NCBI GenBank assembly: GCA_038060895.1
Contig: JBBTCT010000007.1
Coordinates: 68,023-132,022 of the forward strand
Source: Planctomycetota bacterium
Lineage (GTDB): Bacteria; Planctomycetota; MHYJ01; WSZJ01
Length of the DNA: 64,000 nt
Direction of reading: 5' to 3'
The translations under genes were made by a program, and so were the position numbers. Shown piece by piece: positions 1 through 9,023 of the stretch (positions are counted from its first letter, which is position 1; each line of letters starts with the position of its first letter). Below the pieces are notes generated by a model. The model had not been told where the DNA came from and did not search any database. It saw nothing but the letters and a program-made list of their open reading frames with translations.

Positions 1-450
1 AAGGTGCCAGTCACCGACGTGGCTGGTACGGAAGGGGTACGCATTGGAGGGACCGGTTCCGAGGCCGCGGCCGATGCGAATCCCGGCGGCGCGGCGCCGG
101 AGGAGCCCCTCATCGGACACGGGTTCAGCCAGGAGGCGGTGGAGGCGGCGGACCTCACGCCGTGGGATTCGCTGGAGGCGTTCCGGCAGATGGTGGAAGC
201 GTTCGAGCCGAAGCTGGACCGCGCGCCGCCGGGGGGAACCGGCGCGCCTCTTCAGAAACCCGGCTGGGGGCAGCGTTTCATCGCGCCGACCGGAGGGAAT
301 TCGGTCTCCCAGCCGGACTTGGGGATCCGGCTAACCTGGGCGCGAGGAGGATCGAAGGAAGCCGATACCTCCTCGCGCTCCAACCGGTACAAACCGTCGC
401 GGGTCGGGAACCCGGTAACCGCCGGCGACGGCCCGGTTGACTTTTATCTC

Positions 451-861
451 CTACATGGCGATGGACGGCGGTGCGTAGTGTTCGATGATCAGGCCGACGA
501 TCATCTTTTTCTGGTCGTTTTCGAGGACGTTGAAACGGCAGGTCACGGTGTAATCGAAGGCGGACCCGGTGAGCTTCTGGATTTCGGTTGCGGTGGCATC
601 GACGATGGTGGAGTAGTCGCGACCGCAGAGGGCGGCGACGAAGCGGCGTCCGATGAGGAGGCCGGCGAGGTCCGGGATGGGCTGTCCGCTGGGGGCGGAG
701 CCGTCGATGGAGGAGCTGGGGCGGTTGCGGGCGCTGAGGGCGGCCGTGAAGCCGAGCGGGGAGATGGAGCGGATGTAGCCCTCGTACTCGGTGCGGCCGT
801 TTTCGCAGAGCCAGACGGAAGCATTGCGGACGATGAGGACGGTGGAGTCGGCTGCGCTCAT
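451..861 (-). CDS. hypothetical protein (weak PilZ-like appearance)
   Basis: 136 aa ORF with GGGGGA RBS and an upstream sigma70-like promoter; motif 'GYIRSISPLGF' resembles the PilZ D/NxSxxG element. Confidence 0.6.
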   Translation of the reverse strand: MSAADSTVLIVRNASVWLCENGRTEYEGYIRSISPLGFTAALSARNRPSSSIDGSAPSGQPIPDLAGLLIGRRFVAALCGRDYSTIVDATATEIQKLTGSAFDYTVTCRFNVLENDQKKMIVGLIIEHYAPPSIAM

Positions 862-902
862 GTCGATTTCCCCCCGATTAGTTCTGCACGCCTGTGAAAG
901 GA

Positions 903-931
903 ATGTTACGACATTGGATAAGTATAGTCAA
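903..931 (-). promoter_or_regulatory. sigma70-type promoter
   Basis: Minus strand TTGACT (931-926), 17 nt spacer, TAACAT (908-903), within an AT-rich island; imperfect palindrome AAACTTTTAAAGTTT just upstream (938-953). Confidence 0.65.
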
Positions 932-1016
932 GCGCATAAAACTTTTAAAGTTTAAGCATTTAACGATATGCAAGTCCTGTTGAGCCTTCGGCTTCGGGCT
1001 GGCGGCCCGCAATCCC

Positions 1017-1322
1017 CTACGGCGTCGCCGCGTCGGGCTCCTTGCACGCGCAGGGCGTCCCGCCACACCGCGGACACCCCTTCCCGTACTTCGCCGCCGC
1101 CGCTTCCTCCAGGTCCACCCCTGCCATGCTCGCAAGCGTCGAGAGCCACGCCAGAACGTCCGCAAATTCTGCACGCTTTTCCTCCAGCGTCCCGTGCCGG
1201 AGCGCTTCCGCAAGCTCCCCTATCTCCTCGACGAACCAAAGGAACGTACCTCCCACTCCGCGGGCGGAGTCCTTCTGGAAGTACTGCGCGTGGATGGACG
1301 CCTGGAATTCGCGGATCGTCAT
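1017..1322 (-). CDS. MazG-like nucleotide pyrophosphohydrolase
   Basis: MTIREFQ...WFVEEIGELAEA...EFADVLAWL (EExGE/ExxD motifs); C-terminal CPRC..PCAC; start overlaps the murJ stop. Confidence 0.88.
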   Translation of the reverse strand: MTIREFQASIHAQYFQKDSARGVGGTFLWFVEEIGELAEALRHGTLEEKRAEFADVLAWLSTLASMAGVDLEEAAAAKYGKGCPRCGGTPCACKEPDAATP

Positions 1323-2911
1323 GGGCGGTTCCTTGAGTGGCGGCGGAAAGAGAATACCTCGCGTGCTTCGGGTACGCGCAGCAGCACGGCCGCCGCGAAA
1401 TAGACGGCCGCGCCGGCCGCGACGGGAACAAGGCCCTGGAGGTATTTCTGCGGCGGGAGGTAACTCAGCACCGCCAGCGCCGCCGCGGCCATCGCCGCCG
1501 CCGCGAGAACGGGCCTCACGCACCAGACCAGGACCGGAAGCCAGCGGACTTCGGGAACGTTGCGACGCAGAAGGACGCAGAGGACGAAGAGCTGCACCGT
1601 CGCCGTGATCGACGTCGCCAGCGCGAGCCCCGCTTCCGCCCACCAGTGGACGAACGTCAGGTTGAGGCCGAGATTCATGACGACGGCGCCGGCCCCGAGA
1701 ATCGCGGGCGTCTTTGGGTTGCGGGCGGCGAAAAAGGCCCGGGTGATGACGTGCTGCGCGCAGGCGGCCCACGTGCCGAGGCCGTAGAAGGCGAGCACCG
1801 CCCCCGAACGGCGCGTCATCTCCGGGCCAAATGTGCCGTGTTCGAAAATCATGCGGATGATCGGGGTGGCCAGGATTCCCAGGCCCACGGATGCCGGAAT
1901 CGCCAGGACCAGCACCATCCGGAACGACTTCGCAAGGGCTCCCGCCACTTCTTCGCGCCGGCCGCGCGCGAACGCGTCGGCGAATGCGGGGAACGCCGCC
2001 TGCGCGATCGCGATCCCGATGAGGGCGATGGGAAAATTGAAGAGCCGGTTGGCGAAGTACAGCGCGGAGACCGCCCCGTCGCCCGGGACCATCGCTTCTG
2101 CAACCGCGTTGTCTACGAGCACGTTGATCTGGAACACGGCGATTCCAAACGTCATGGGCGCCATCGTCGCGAGGACGCGCCCGACGCCGGGCTCCCATTT
2201 CAGAAGGGGCGCGATCGGGACCTTGTGGGCGCGGAGGGCCGGGATCTGGAGAAGGAGCTGGCCGAGGCCCGCGGCGGTGATGGACCAGGCGATGACCCGC
2301 GCCTTGCCTTCCTCCGTCGCCGCGAACCAGCCGACGGCGAAGAAGGCGGCGATTTCGAAGAGGTTCAGGACGGACGACGCGAGGGCCGGGAGGAGGAAAT
2401 GCCGGTGAACGTTGAGGATGCCGGTAACGAGGGCGACCAGGCAGATGAGCGGCATGTACGGGAGCAGGATGACGAGAAGGTCCGCGACCATGCGGCCTTT
2501 CGGATCGCCAAGCGTGCGCGTCAGCACTCCGCAGGCCCCCATGCCGCCGGCCGCAACCACGCCAAGGAACAGCGCCAGGATGGTCATGGCCGACCGGGCG
2601 AACCGGTCCGCTTCTTCGCGTGATTTGTTGGCGAGCGCGTCGGAATACGCAGGGATGAACGCTGCGGTGAGGGCGCCTTCGCCGAAAAACCGCCGGAACA
2701 GGTTGGGAACGAGCGTGGCGAGGACGAACGCATCGTTCACCCTCCCGCCGCCGAACAGGCCGGCCAGCAGGACGTCGCGGACGAGGCCCAGGACCCGGGA
2801 GAGAAGGATGCAGGCTGAGACGACCCGCGCCGCGGAGAGGATCCCCGTTGACGTCGCAGAGGGTGAAACCGGGGGCATGGGAGGCGGAGTCGCGGGCACG
2901 GTCTTCTCCAT
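1319..2911 (-). CDS. murJ: lipid II flippase MurJ (MviN)
   Basis: SRVLGLVRD, PNLFRRFFGEGALTAAFIP, ALYFANRLFNFP; about 14 TM segments. Confidence 0.95.
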   Translation of the reverse strand: MEKTVPATPPPMPPVSPSATSTGILSAARVVSACILLSRVLGLVRDVLLAGLFGGGRVNDAFVLATLVPNLFRRFFGEGALTAAFIPAYSDALANKSREEADRFARSAMTILALFLGVVAAGGMGACGVLTRTLGDPKGRMVADLLVILLPYMPLICLVALVTGILNVHRHFLLPALASSVLNLFEIAAFFAVGWFAATEEGKARVIAWSITAAGLGQLLLQIPALRAHKVPIAPLLKWEPGVGRVLATMAPMTFGIAVFQINVLVDNAVAEAMVPGDGAVSALYFANRLFNFPIALIGIAIAQAAFPAFADAFARGRREEVAGALAKSFRMVLVLAIPASVGLGILATPIIRMIFEHGTFGPEMTRRSGAVLAFYGLGTWAACAQHVITRAFFAARNPKTPAILGAGAVVMNLGLNLTFVHWWAEAGLALATSITATVQLFVLCVLLRRNVPEVRWLPVLVWCVRPVLAAAAMAAAALAVLSYLPPQKYLQGLVPVAAGAAVYFAAAVLLRVPEAREVFSFRRHSRNRP

Positions 2912-2980
2912 TACTTCGGCCTGCGGCTTAAGGCGGCTTGACCCGGGGAGGGCCGTGGGGAGTTGGCAGGAACGGCCCCC

Positions 2981-3949
2981 TCAGGGAGCAGGGTGCGCGT
3001 CCATGGGGAGTTCGAAGCGGCACCCGGCGGTGTCGCGCAGACGGAAGCCGTTCGCGAACTCGTCCGCCGTCACGGGCTTGCGACTCTCGGGCTGGAGCCT
3101 CAGGAGATCGAGCGCTCCGTCGCCCGTCCGGACGCGCACCGCGTCCTTGCGGACCTCGATGACGTCCCCGGGCTTCCCGCTGAATTCGCCAGCAACCGGA
3201 GACGCCGACAGAATTGTCACACGAAGCGGCTTCGCGCCCGGCTTGAGGAAGGCGGCCGCCGCCCCCGGCCACGGCGTCATGGCACGCACGCGCCGCGCGA
3301 GTTCGACCGCCGGCCGCGCAAAGTCGAGCGCACCGTCCGCCCGCCACAGTTTCGGCGCAAGAGTCGCCTTCGCGGGGTCCTGCTCCACGAAGCGCCCTTC
3401 CCCGCTCTCGAGGAGCCGAAGCGCCTCCAGGAGCGCCGGCGCCGCGGCAGCCGAGATCCGCGCTTCCAGCTCCCCCGCCGTGTCGCTGTCCCCGGCCGGA
3501 AACCCGGCGCGCACGAGAACGGGACCTGCGTCCATCGCCTTCACCATCCGAAAGATGCTGACTCCCGCTTCCGCGTCCCCGGCCAGGATCGCGTACGCGA
3601 CGGGCGCCGCACCGCGATGGCGCGGCAGGAGCGACGCGTGCACGTTCAGGCCGCCGTACTTCGCAAGCTGCAGCACCCGGTCGGGAACCTTCTGCCCGTA
3701 CGCCGCCGTCACCAGCACGTCCGGCGCCGCAGCCCGGATGACCTCGACCGCTTCCCCTATTTTCTCAGGCTGCACCACCTCCAGCCCCAGCGCCGCCGCC
3801 GCCGCCTTCACCGGCGTCGCTTCCAGCACACGCCCCCGCCCCTTCGGCCGGTCCGGCTGCGACAGCACCAGCGGGACTTCGTGGCGCGCCGCGACCGCCC
3901 GCAGGCTGGCTACGGCGAACTCCGGCGTCCCGGCGAAGACGACGCGCAT
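2981..3949 (-). CDS. fmt: methionyl-tRNA formyltransferase
   Basis: MRVVFAGTPEFAV, SQPDRPKGRG, NVHASLLPRHRGAAP, MDAGP. Confidence 0.96.
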   Translation of the reverse strand: MRVVFAGTPEFAVASLRAVAARHEVPLVLSQPDRPKGRGRVLEATPVKAAAAALGLEVVQPEKIGEAVEVIRAAAPDVLVTAAYGQKVPDRVLQLAKYGGLNVHASLLPRHRGAAPVAYAILAGDAEAGVSIFRMVKAMDAGPVLVRAGFPAGDSDTAGELEARISAAAAPALLEALRLLESGEGRFVEQDPAKATLAPKLWRADGALDFARPAVELARRVRAMTPWPGAAAAFLKPGAKPLRVTILSASPVAGEFSGKPGDVIEVRKDAVRVRTGDGALDLLRLQPESRKPVTADEFANGFRLRDTAGCRFELPMDAHPAP

Positions 3950-4719
3950 CAAGCCGGGTCCCTGTGCAGGATCTGCGTGTTGTCGTGAATGTGCACGGGC
4001 TGCTGTTTCCGGCGGAAGCGCATGTTGAGGAGCTCGACGAGGAGGGAGAAGGCCATTGCGGAGTAGATGTACCCCTTGTTGACGTGGGTCCCGAGCCCTT
4101 CGGCGACGAGCATGATGCCGATCAGGTTCAGGAAGGACAGCGCGAGGATCTTGACGCTCGGGTGCCGGTGGACGAAATCGCCGATGGTGCTGGCCGCGGC
4201 GATCATCACGCCAACCGCGACGAACATCGCGACCACCATGATCAGGATGCTTTGCGCCATGCCGACGGCGGTGATGACCGAATCGAGAGAGAAGACGAGG
4301 TCGAGGACGATGATCTGGGTGATGATCGAGCCCATCGAAGCGGTGCCGCCGCCCTTTTTCGATTCATGGTCCTCACCCTCCAGCTTCTCGTAGATCTCGT
4401 GCGTCGCTTTCGCTACGAGGAAGGCGCCGCCGAGGATCAGGATGAGCGACTTGCCTGAAATCGGGGTGGACATGACGGTGAAAAGCGTCGCTTTCAACTT
4501 CATCACCCAGGTGATGCTGAAAAGCAGCCCGAGCCGGCAAACCAGGGCGAGGGCCATGCCGATCTTGCGCCCCGCCGCGCGTTTCGCCTCGGGCAGTTTC
4601 CCGGTCAGGATGGCGATGAAGACGACGTTGTCGATCCCCAGGACGATTTCCATCAGCGTCAGGGTGAGCAGGGCGGTGAGACCCTGGCCCGTGAGGAGGA
4701 CGCTGAAATCGATGTTCAT
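3949..4719 (-). CDS. TerC family membrane protein
   Basis: MEIVLGIDNVVFI and DLVFSLDSVITAVGM motifs. Confidence 0.93.
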   Translation of the reverse strand: MNIDFSVLLTGQGLTALLTLTLMEIVLGIDNVVFIAILTGKLPEAKRAAGRKIGMALALVCRLGLLFSITWVMKLKATLFTVMSTPISGKSLILILGGAFLVAKATHEIYEKLEGEDHESKKGGGTASMGSIITQIIVLDLVFSLDSVITAVGMAQSILIMVVAMFVAVGVMIAAASTIGDFVHRHPSVKILALSFLNLIGIMLVAEGLGTHVNKGYIYSAMAFSLLVELLNMRFRRKQQPVHIHDNTQILHRDPA

Positions 4720-4870
4720 GGCGTGGCTCCGCGAGGTGTGAAGGAGGACCGGCGGCGGGACGACGCGTCCCGTGGCCGGGCGGCGGGGAGATTATCCGGC
4801 CCGAATGCTCTTCGCAAGAAGCGCGGTAAGTCCTATTCACCACAGGGGGGGAACCCTAAACTCTCGCGCC

Positions 4871-5416
4871 ATGCTCTCCCCGGCCGAGCGGAGTTCGCTT
4901 CTCGCCCACGCGCGGCTCGCCGTGCGCGAGGCGGCCGCCGGCCGGAAGCCCGCGGCCCCGGCTCCGCCATCGAACAGTCCCGCCCTCGCGGCCGCGGCCG
5001 GCGCCTTCGTCACGCTTCACTCCGGTGTCCGCGCGCTCCGCGGCTGCATCGGTTACGTCGAGGCGCGGCGCGCGCTCTGGGTCACCGTCTGGGACGCAGC
5101 CCGGCAGGCCGCCCTCGACGACCCGCGCTTCGAACCCGTCAAGCCCGTCGAGGTCGACTCGCTCGCCATCGAAATCTCCGTCCTCGGCACGCTCCAGTCT
5201 GCGGACGCCGCTTCCGTGCGCGTCGGCCAGCACGGCATCGTCCTCTCCCGTGGCCCCCGCCGCGGCCTTCTCCTCCCCCAGGTCGCCGTCGAGCGCGGCT
5301 GGGACACGGAACGCTTTCTCGACGCCGGTTGCGAAAAAGCCGGTCTTCCCCCGGGCGCCTGGCGCGAAGCGGGAGCCAAAATTGAAGTTTTCACAGCGGA
5401 GGTGTTCGGAACATGA
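4871..5416 (+). CDS. amrA: AMMECR1 domain / AmmeMemoRadiSam system protein A
   Basis: GAFVTL..LRGCIG, DPRFEPV, IEISVL, LLLPQVAVE, EKAGL, FTAEVF. Confidence 0.92.
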   Translation: MLSPAERSSLLAHARLAVREAAAGRKPAAPAPPSNSPALAAAAGAFVTLHSGVRALRGCIGYVEARRALWVTVWDAARQAALDDPRFEPVKPVEVDSLAIEISVLGTLQSADAASVRVGQHGIVLSRGPRRGLLLPQVAVERGWDTERFLDAGCEKAGLPPGAWREAGAKIEVFTAEVFGT

Positions 5417-5913
5417 GGAAACTGTTGATGGTCGCGGCTGTCGTGGCCCTCGCGGGATGCACAATCGGCGTGGATCCAGGTTTGCGGGAACCCTACACGA
5501 CGAAGGCGACGTGGAAGGGGACGAGGCTGAGGGTGGAATCGCTGGAAGGAACGGAGATGGCGACATCCACTCCCGGCGCTCTGACCTACGAATTCGACCC
5601 GAAGGAATGGAACCCGTTCCTCGCGAAGATCCTGGCTGAGGACTTGAAGGAGCTGGGGTCGGAGCAGGCGGAGGATGCGGTCCTGAAAGTGGGGATTTCG
5701 CGGGTGAACCTGGAAGAGCGGGCCGCGTCGCAGGGGTCGTTCGCGGAGTTCTGGATCAAGGTGTCGGGGCCGCTGGGAGAAAAAGAGTACCGGGGCGTGA
5801 ACGAGAGCCAGCTGAATTTCCGGGACGCCGCGCGGCGGGCGGCGGCGGATGCGCTGAAGGCGCTGGTGGAGGATCCGGAACTAAGGCGGGGGTTTACGGT
5901 AAATCCCAAATGA
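5413..5913 (+). CDS. hypothetical lipoprotein
   Basis: Lipobox LAGC; overlaps the upstream stop; coding-like codon usage. Confidence 0.75.
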   Translation: MRKLLMVAAVVALAGCTIGVDPGLREPYTTKATWKGTRLRVESLEGTEMATSTPGALTYEFDPKEWNPFLAKILAEDLKELGSEQAEDAVLKVGISRVNLEERAASQGSFAEFWIKVSGPLGEKEYRGVNESQLNFRDAARRAAADALKALVEDPELRRGFTVNPK

Positions 5914-5947
5914 AAAAGCCCCAGGTGGTCGCTCAACCACCCGGGGC
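5914..5947. terminator. intrinsic terminator between convergent genes
   Basis: AAAAA followed by stem GCCCCAGGTGGT / ACCACCCGGGGC. Confidence 0.65.
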
Positions 5948-5967
5948 CCCCTCTCGAATCTCGTTTG

Positions 5968-6699
5968 TTACTTCCCGTCCGCTTCCGTCACGTACGGGTC
6001 ACTCGATGTGAACCGGATCTCCACCCGGCGGTTCTTGCGCTTGTTCCCGTTCTCGGCCGGCTGGTACTCGCCCCAGCTCACCATGTGCAGCTTGCCCGGG
6101 TCGATGCCGCCTTCCTTCTGCATCAGCAACAGGACCGACAGCGCCCGCTCCGCGCCCAGCTCAAAGTTCGAGCCCGTGGGGAACTTCCCGAGGCTCCTCC
6201 GGATCGGGTCCGTGTCCGTGTGGCCGTCGATCTGAACGAAGAAGCCCTTGCTCTTCAACTCCTTCGCCACTTCAAGCAGGATCTGCTTTCCCTGCGCCTT
6301 GATCTCCGTCTTGCCGGAATCGAACAGGACCTCGCCGGAGAAGCGGATGTAATTGTCGCCGAACTCAATGTCGCCTCCCGTGCTTCCGTCCCCGCCCGCC
6401 GGCATGACGAGCGCTTCGAATTTCTTCCGGATCTCGTCCGCGATCGCCTTGGCCGCTTCAAGTTCCTTGATGGTCGAGTCCTTCATGACCAGCGCGGTTT
6501 CCTTCTGCGCGTCGGCCTTCTCCTTCTCCAGCTGCAGATTCACGATCTGCCGCCCGAGATCTTCCTTCAGTCTCTGGTTCAGCTCGGCGGTAGCCGAGTA
6601 CCGCGCCTTCAGATCGTCGTACTCCGCCATGGACACGCACCCGCTGCCCGTGACGGCGAGCGCGGCCGCGCCGCAGATCGCGATGAACGGCTTACGCAT
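5968..6699 (-). CDS. OmpA/MotB-family peptidoglycan-binding lipoprotein with coiled coil
   Basis: Lipobox-like GSGC; VLFDSGK, IDGHTDTDPI, NFELGAERA, GEYQP, NRRVEI. Confidence 0.9.
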   Translation of the reverse strand: MRKPFIAICGAAALAVTGSGCVSMAEYDDLKARYSATAELNQRLKEDLGRQIVNLQLEKEKADAQKETALVMKDSTIKELEAAKAIADEIRKKFEALVMPAGGDGSTGGDIEFGDNYIRFSGEVLFDSGKTEIKAQGKQILLEVAKELKSKGFFVQIDGHTDTDPIRRSLGKFPTGSNFELGAERALSVLLLMQKEGGIDPGKLHMVSWGEYQPAENGNKRKNRRVEIRFTSSDPYVTEADGK

Positions 6700-6997
6700 G
6701 GAAGGCTCCTTTCAAGATGTCCGGCCGCCGTTCTCCCGGGGCTACACGCCCTACGGGCCGGACCGGCCATGCCTGGGGTTGGCCCCTCTCCTGTGAAAGG
6801 GCCTGAGGGTGTATCGGCCTCGCTGGAAGCGCGGGTTGAGGCGAAAAGTGACGGATTCGGCAGAAATTCCGGGAAGAGTTGCCGGCGCTACTCGACCGGG
6901 GAATTGTCGATGCGTCGCGGGCACGAAAGAGGCGGCTTGGGGCTCGGTGGGTCGAGGACGCGCGAGGCCTGCGGGCTTCAATGCACCGGCAATCGCC

Positions 6998-7540
6998 CTA
7001 CTTTCCCTCTCGTTCGCGGAGCCGCGCTGCTTCTTCCTCGTTCAGTTTCTGCAGACGCTCGGCTTCAGCCCTTCTCCGCGCCTCAGCGGCGCGCAGCTCG
7101 TCCTGGAACGGCTTGTTTTGCCTTCTGCGTTCGGCCATCTCCACTGCCCTCTGGACGTCGGCAACGCTGATGCCCTTGCCGTTCGCGCTGAAATCGTAGG
7201 CGTGCAGGTCCCACGTCACCCGCCGCCCGGCTACGAACCGGATTCCTTCCACGGGATCGACCTCGTAGAGGGCCATGGCCTCTTCGCCCGGCACGGTGTT
7301 CAGAATGGCGATGGTGCCGTCTGCGCGGGTGGTCAGAACAAGACGGCCGGGCAGGACTACGGAGGGTGCGTCGAACGCGGTCAAGTCAGGCGTTGGCGAT
7401 TCGATACCCGGTTCAGCCAGGGGAACCCGGGGGGCGCCTGTTCTTGAGGAGACCTTCGCGGTGGATCGGATTGCCCACAAGCCCGCGATCGAAGCCGTCG
7501 CAAGGAGCGTCGCCGCCGCCATCGTTGCGACCCGGTTCAC
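6998..7540 (-). CDS. hypothetical membrane-anchored protein, paralog of 8525..8917
   Basis: GTG start (MNRVAT); shares RRxxWDLxAYDFSxNGKGxSVxD with 8525..8917. Confidence 0.7.
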   Translation of the reverse strand: MNRVATMAAATLLATASIAGLWAIRSTAKVSSRTGAPRVPLAEPGIESPTPDLTAFDAPSVVLPGRLVLTTRADGTIAILNTVPGEEAMALYEVDPVEGIRFVAGRRVTWDLHAYDFSANGKGISVADVQRAVEMAERRRQNKPFQDELRAAEARRRAEAERLQKLNEEEAARLREREGK

Positions 7541-7558
7541 GTTAGCGCCCTTCAAATG

Positions 7559-7589
7559 AAAAAGGCCGCCCGGGAACACCGGGCGGCCT
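7559..7589 (-). terminator. intrinsic terminator
   Basis: Stem AGGCCGCCCGG / CCGGGCGGCCT with a U-tract on the minus strand, after the 7610 gene. Confidence 0.7.
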
Positions 7590-7609
7590 CTGGATCGACT
7601 GGTCTAGTC

Positions 7610-8476
7610 CTACTTCGGCTCGGCCGGCTTCTCCGGCGCAGCCGCCTTGCCCGTCATCAGGTTGTTCAGGTCCGTCTCGACGTCCTTCATCCCGAACGTC
7701 CCGACGACCATCTTGGCCAGGTCGCCCGCGAAACCGCTCGGCACGTTGATGCGGTTCTTGTCGCCGTCGGTCACGATACGGATGTTGTCGAGCAGTACCG
7801 CGCCCATCATCCCGAGGAAGAGGGCCGCGAGCACAAGCACCGTCGTCAGGACCGGGTGCGACTGAATCGGCGCGACCGCCATCATCTGAGGCCCGCTGCG
7901 CGGCTGAACCTGCTCCTGCAGCCCGCTCCGCTTCGGCTTCACAGACGGCTCCTGCACCGTCGCGGCGCCCTCTGCCGCTTCGTCGAACTGAAGCGGTTCG
8001 GTCGTCATGCCGGTCTTGCCTTCGCCTTCGATGAAGGTCTCTTCGGTGGCCATGCCGCCCGACTTCGGGCCCTCGTTGGCGACGGTGAGATCGCTGTCGT
8101 CGAAGATCATTTCCTCGGTGATGCCGGTTGTGTCGCCGGAGACCGTTTCTTCCTTGGCGCTTTCCTGGGAGCCGCCGGACTCGAGCTGGGGCATGGCCGT
8201 CTCATCGACGCCGCCGCCGCCCACGTTGTCCATGTCGAGGATCGTCTCGCCCGTCTCGGCCTGGCGGCCGGCCTTCGAACCGCCGCCCGCGGGCAGGATG
8301 ATGGTCGGCTCGGTGACGCGTCCCTTCTTGAGGGACTCGACGTCGTCCTTGCGGAACTTCATCTTGTTTTCGTCGCGGAACGCGCGCAGTTCGCCTTCCG
8401 AAACCATGCGCTTGAGTTCGTCCTCGTCGAGCTGAAGCTCTCCGAGCACGTCTTCGAAACTGAAGTAGTCAGCCAT
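7610..8476 (-). CDS. excisionase/MerR-like HTH protein with acidic linker and C-terminal TM helix
   Basis: N-terminal 'YFSFEDVLGELQLDEDELKRMVSEGELRAFRD..KMKFRKDDV'; acidic low-complexity middle; TM 'VLTTVLVLAALFLGMMGAVLL'. Confidence 0.8.
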   Translation of the reverse strand: MADYFSFEDVLGELQLDEDELKRMVSEGELRAFRDENKMKFRKDDVESLKKGRVTEPTIILPAGGGSKAGRQAETGETILDMDNVGGGGVDETAMPQLESGGSQESAKEETVSGDTTGITEEMIFDDSDLTVANEGPKSGGMATEETFIEGEGKTGMTTEPLQFDEAAEGAATVQEPSVKPKRSGLQEQVQPRSGPQMMAVAPIQSHPVLTTVLVLAALFLGMMGAVLLDNIRIVTDGDKNRINVPSGFAGDLAKMVVGTFGMKDVETDLNNLMTGKAAAPEKPAEPK

Positions 8477-8524
8477 CGGGGAAGGTCTCCTATCGGCGGT
8501 TGGGGCCGGTGAGTTTGGGGGACG

Positions 8525-8917
8525 CTACTTCTTGCCTTCTTTTTCCTTGCGCTTCTTCTCGGCTTCTTCGATTTCCTTCTGCGCGTCCTGCACGGAGAGA
8601 CCCTTGCCGTTCGAGCTGAAATCGTAGGCCTTGAGGTCCCACACGATGCGACGGGCCGCGATGAAGACGAGCTGCTTGCCCTGGTCCACCTTGTACACGG
8701 CGATGGTGGCATCTTCCGGGGGCGAGGTCTTGAGCACGTAGAGCAAGGACCCCACGTCGGCCGCCGATGAGGACGGGGTCGCGAGGACCAGTCCGCCACC
8801 AGCTTCCCCGTTCGCCTCGGCGTAAGCCTTGGCGCCCGGCTGTGAAATGAGGAATCCGAGCGTGGCGACGATGGCGCCCGCAAGAATTCCCGTCAGGAAG
8901 ACGTTTACGCGGTTCAT
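8525..8917 (-). CDS. hypothetical secreted/membrane-anchored protein
   Basis: GGAGG RBS; MNRVNVFLTGILAG N-terminal hydrophobic segment; paralog of 6998..7540. Confidence 0.8.
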   Translation of the reverse strand: MNRVNVFLTGILAGAIVATLGFLISQPGAKAYAEANGEAGGGLVLATPSSSAADVGSLLYVLKTSPPEDATIAVYKVDQGKQLVFIAARRIVWDLKAYDFSSNGKGLSVQDAQKEIEEAEKKRKEKEGKK

Positions 8918-9023
8918 GCAGCCTCCGGAATGGCTGGACTCGGGGTCCCCCCCCGATAGTGGGCCTACGCACATCAAACTACCATCGGTTGCCGCTGGTG
9001 TTCAAGCTTCTTTTAGGTGAATT

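Noticed and set aside
340-378. SRP RNA, suggested by GAAGGAAGC
   Set aside because: The conserved helix-8 context (CAGG...GGAA...AGCAG) is absent.
4-897. 297-aa plus-strand ORF
   Set aside because: Its second half is the antisense shadow of 451-861. The first ~80 codons might be coding but show no recognisable motif or proper end, so it was not called.
4871-5416. Complete AmmeMemoRadiSam system
   Set aside because: Only the A component is present; no Memo or radical SAM gene lies in the window.
5968-6699. Flagellar stator motB
   Set aside because: It has a lipoprotein-like N-terminus, lacks the MotB TM Asp motif, and there is no adjacent motA.
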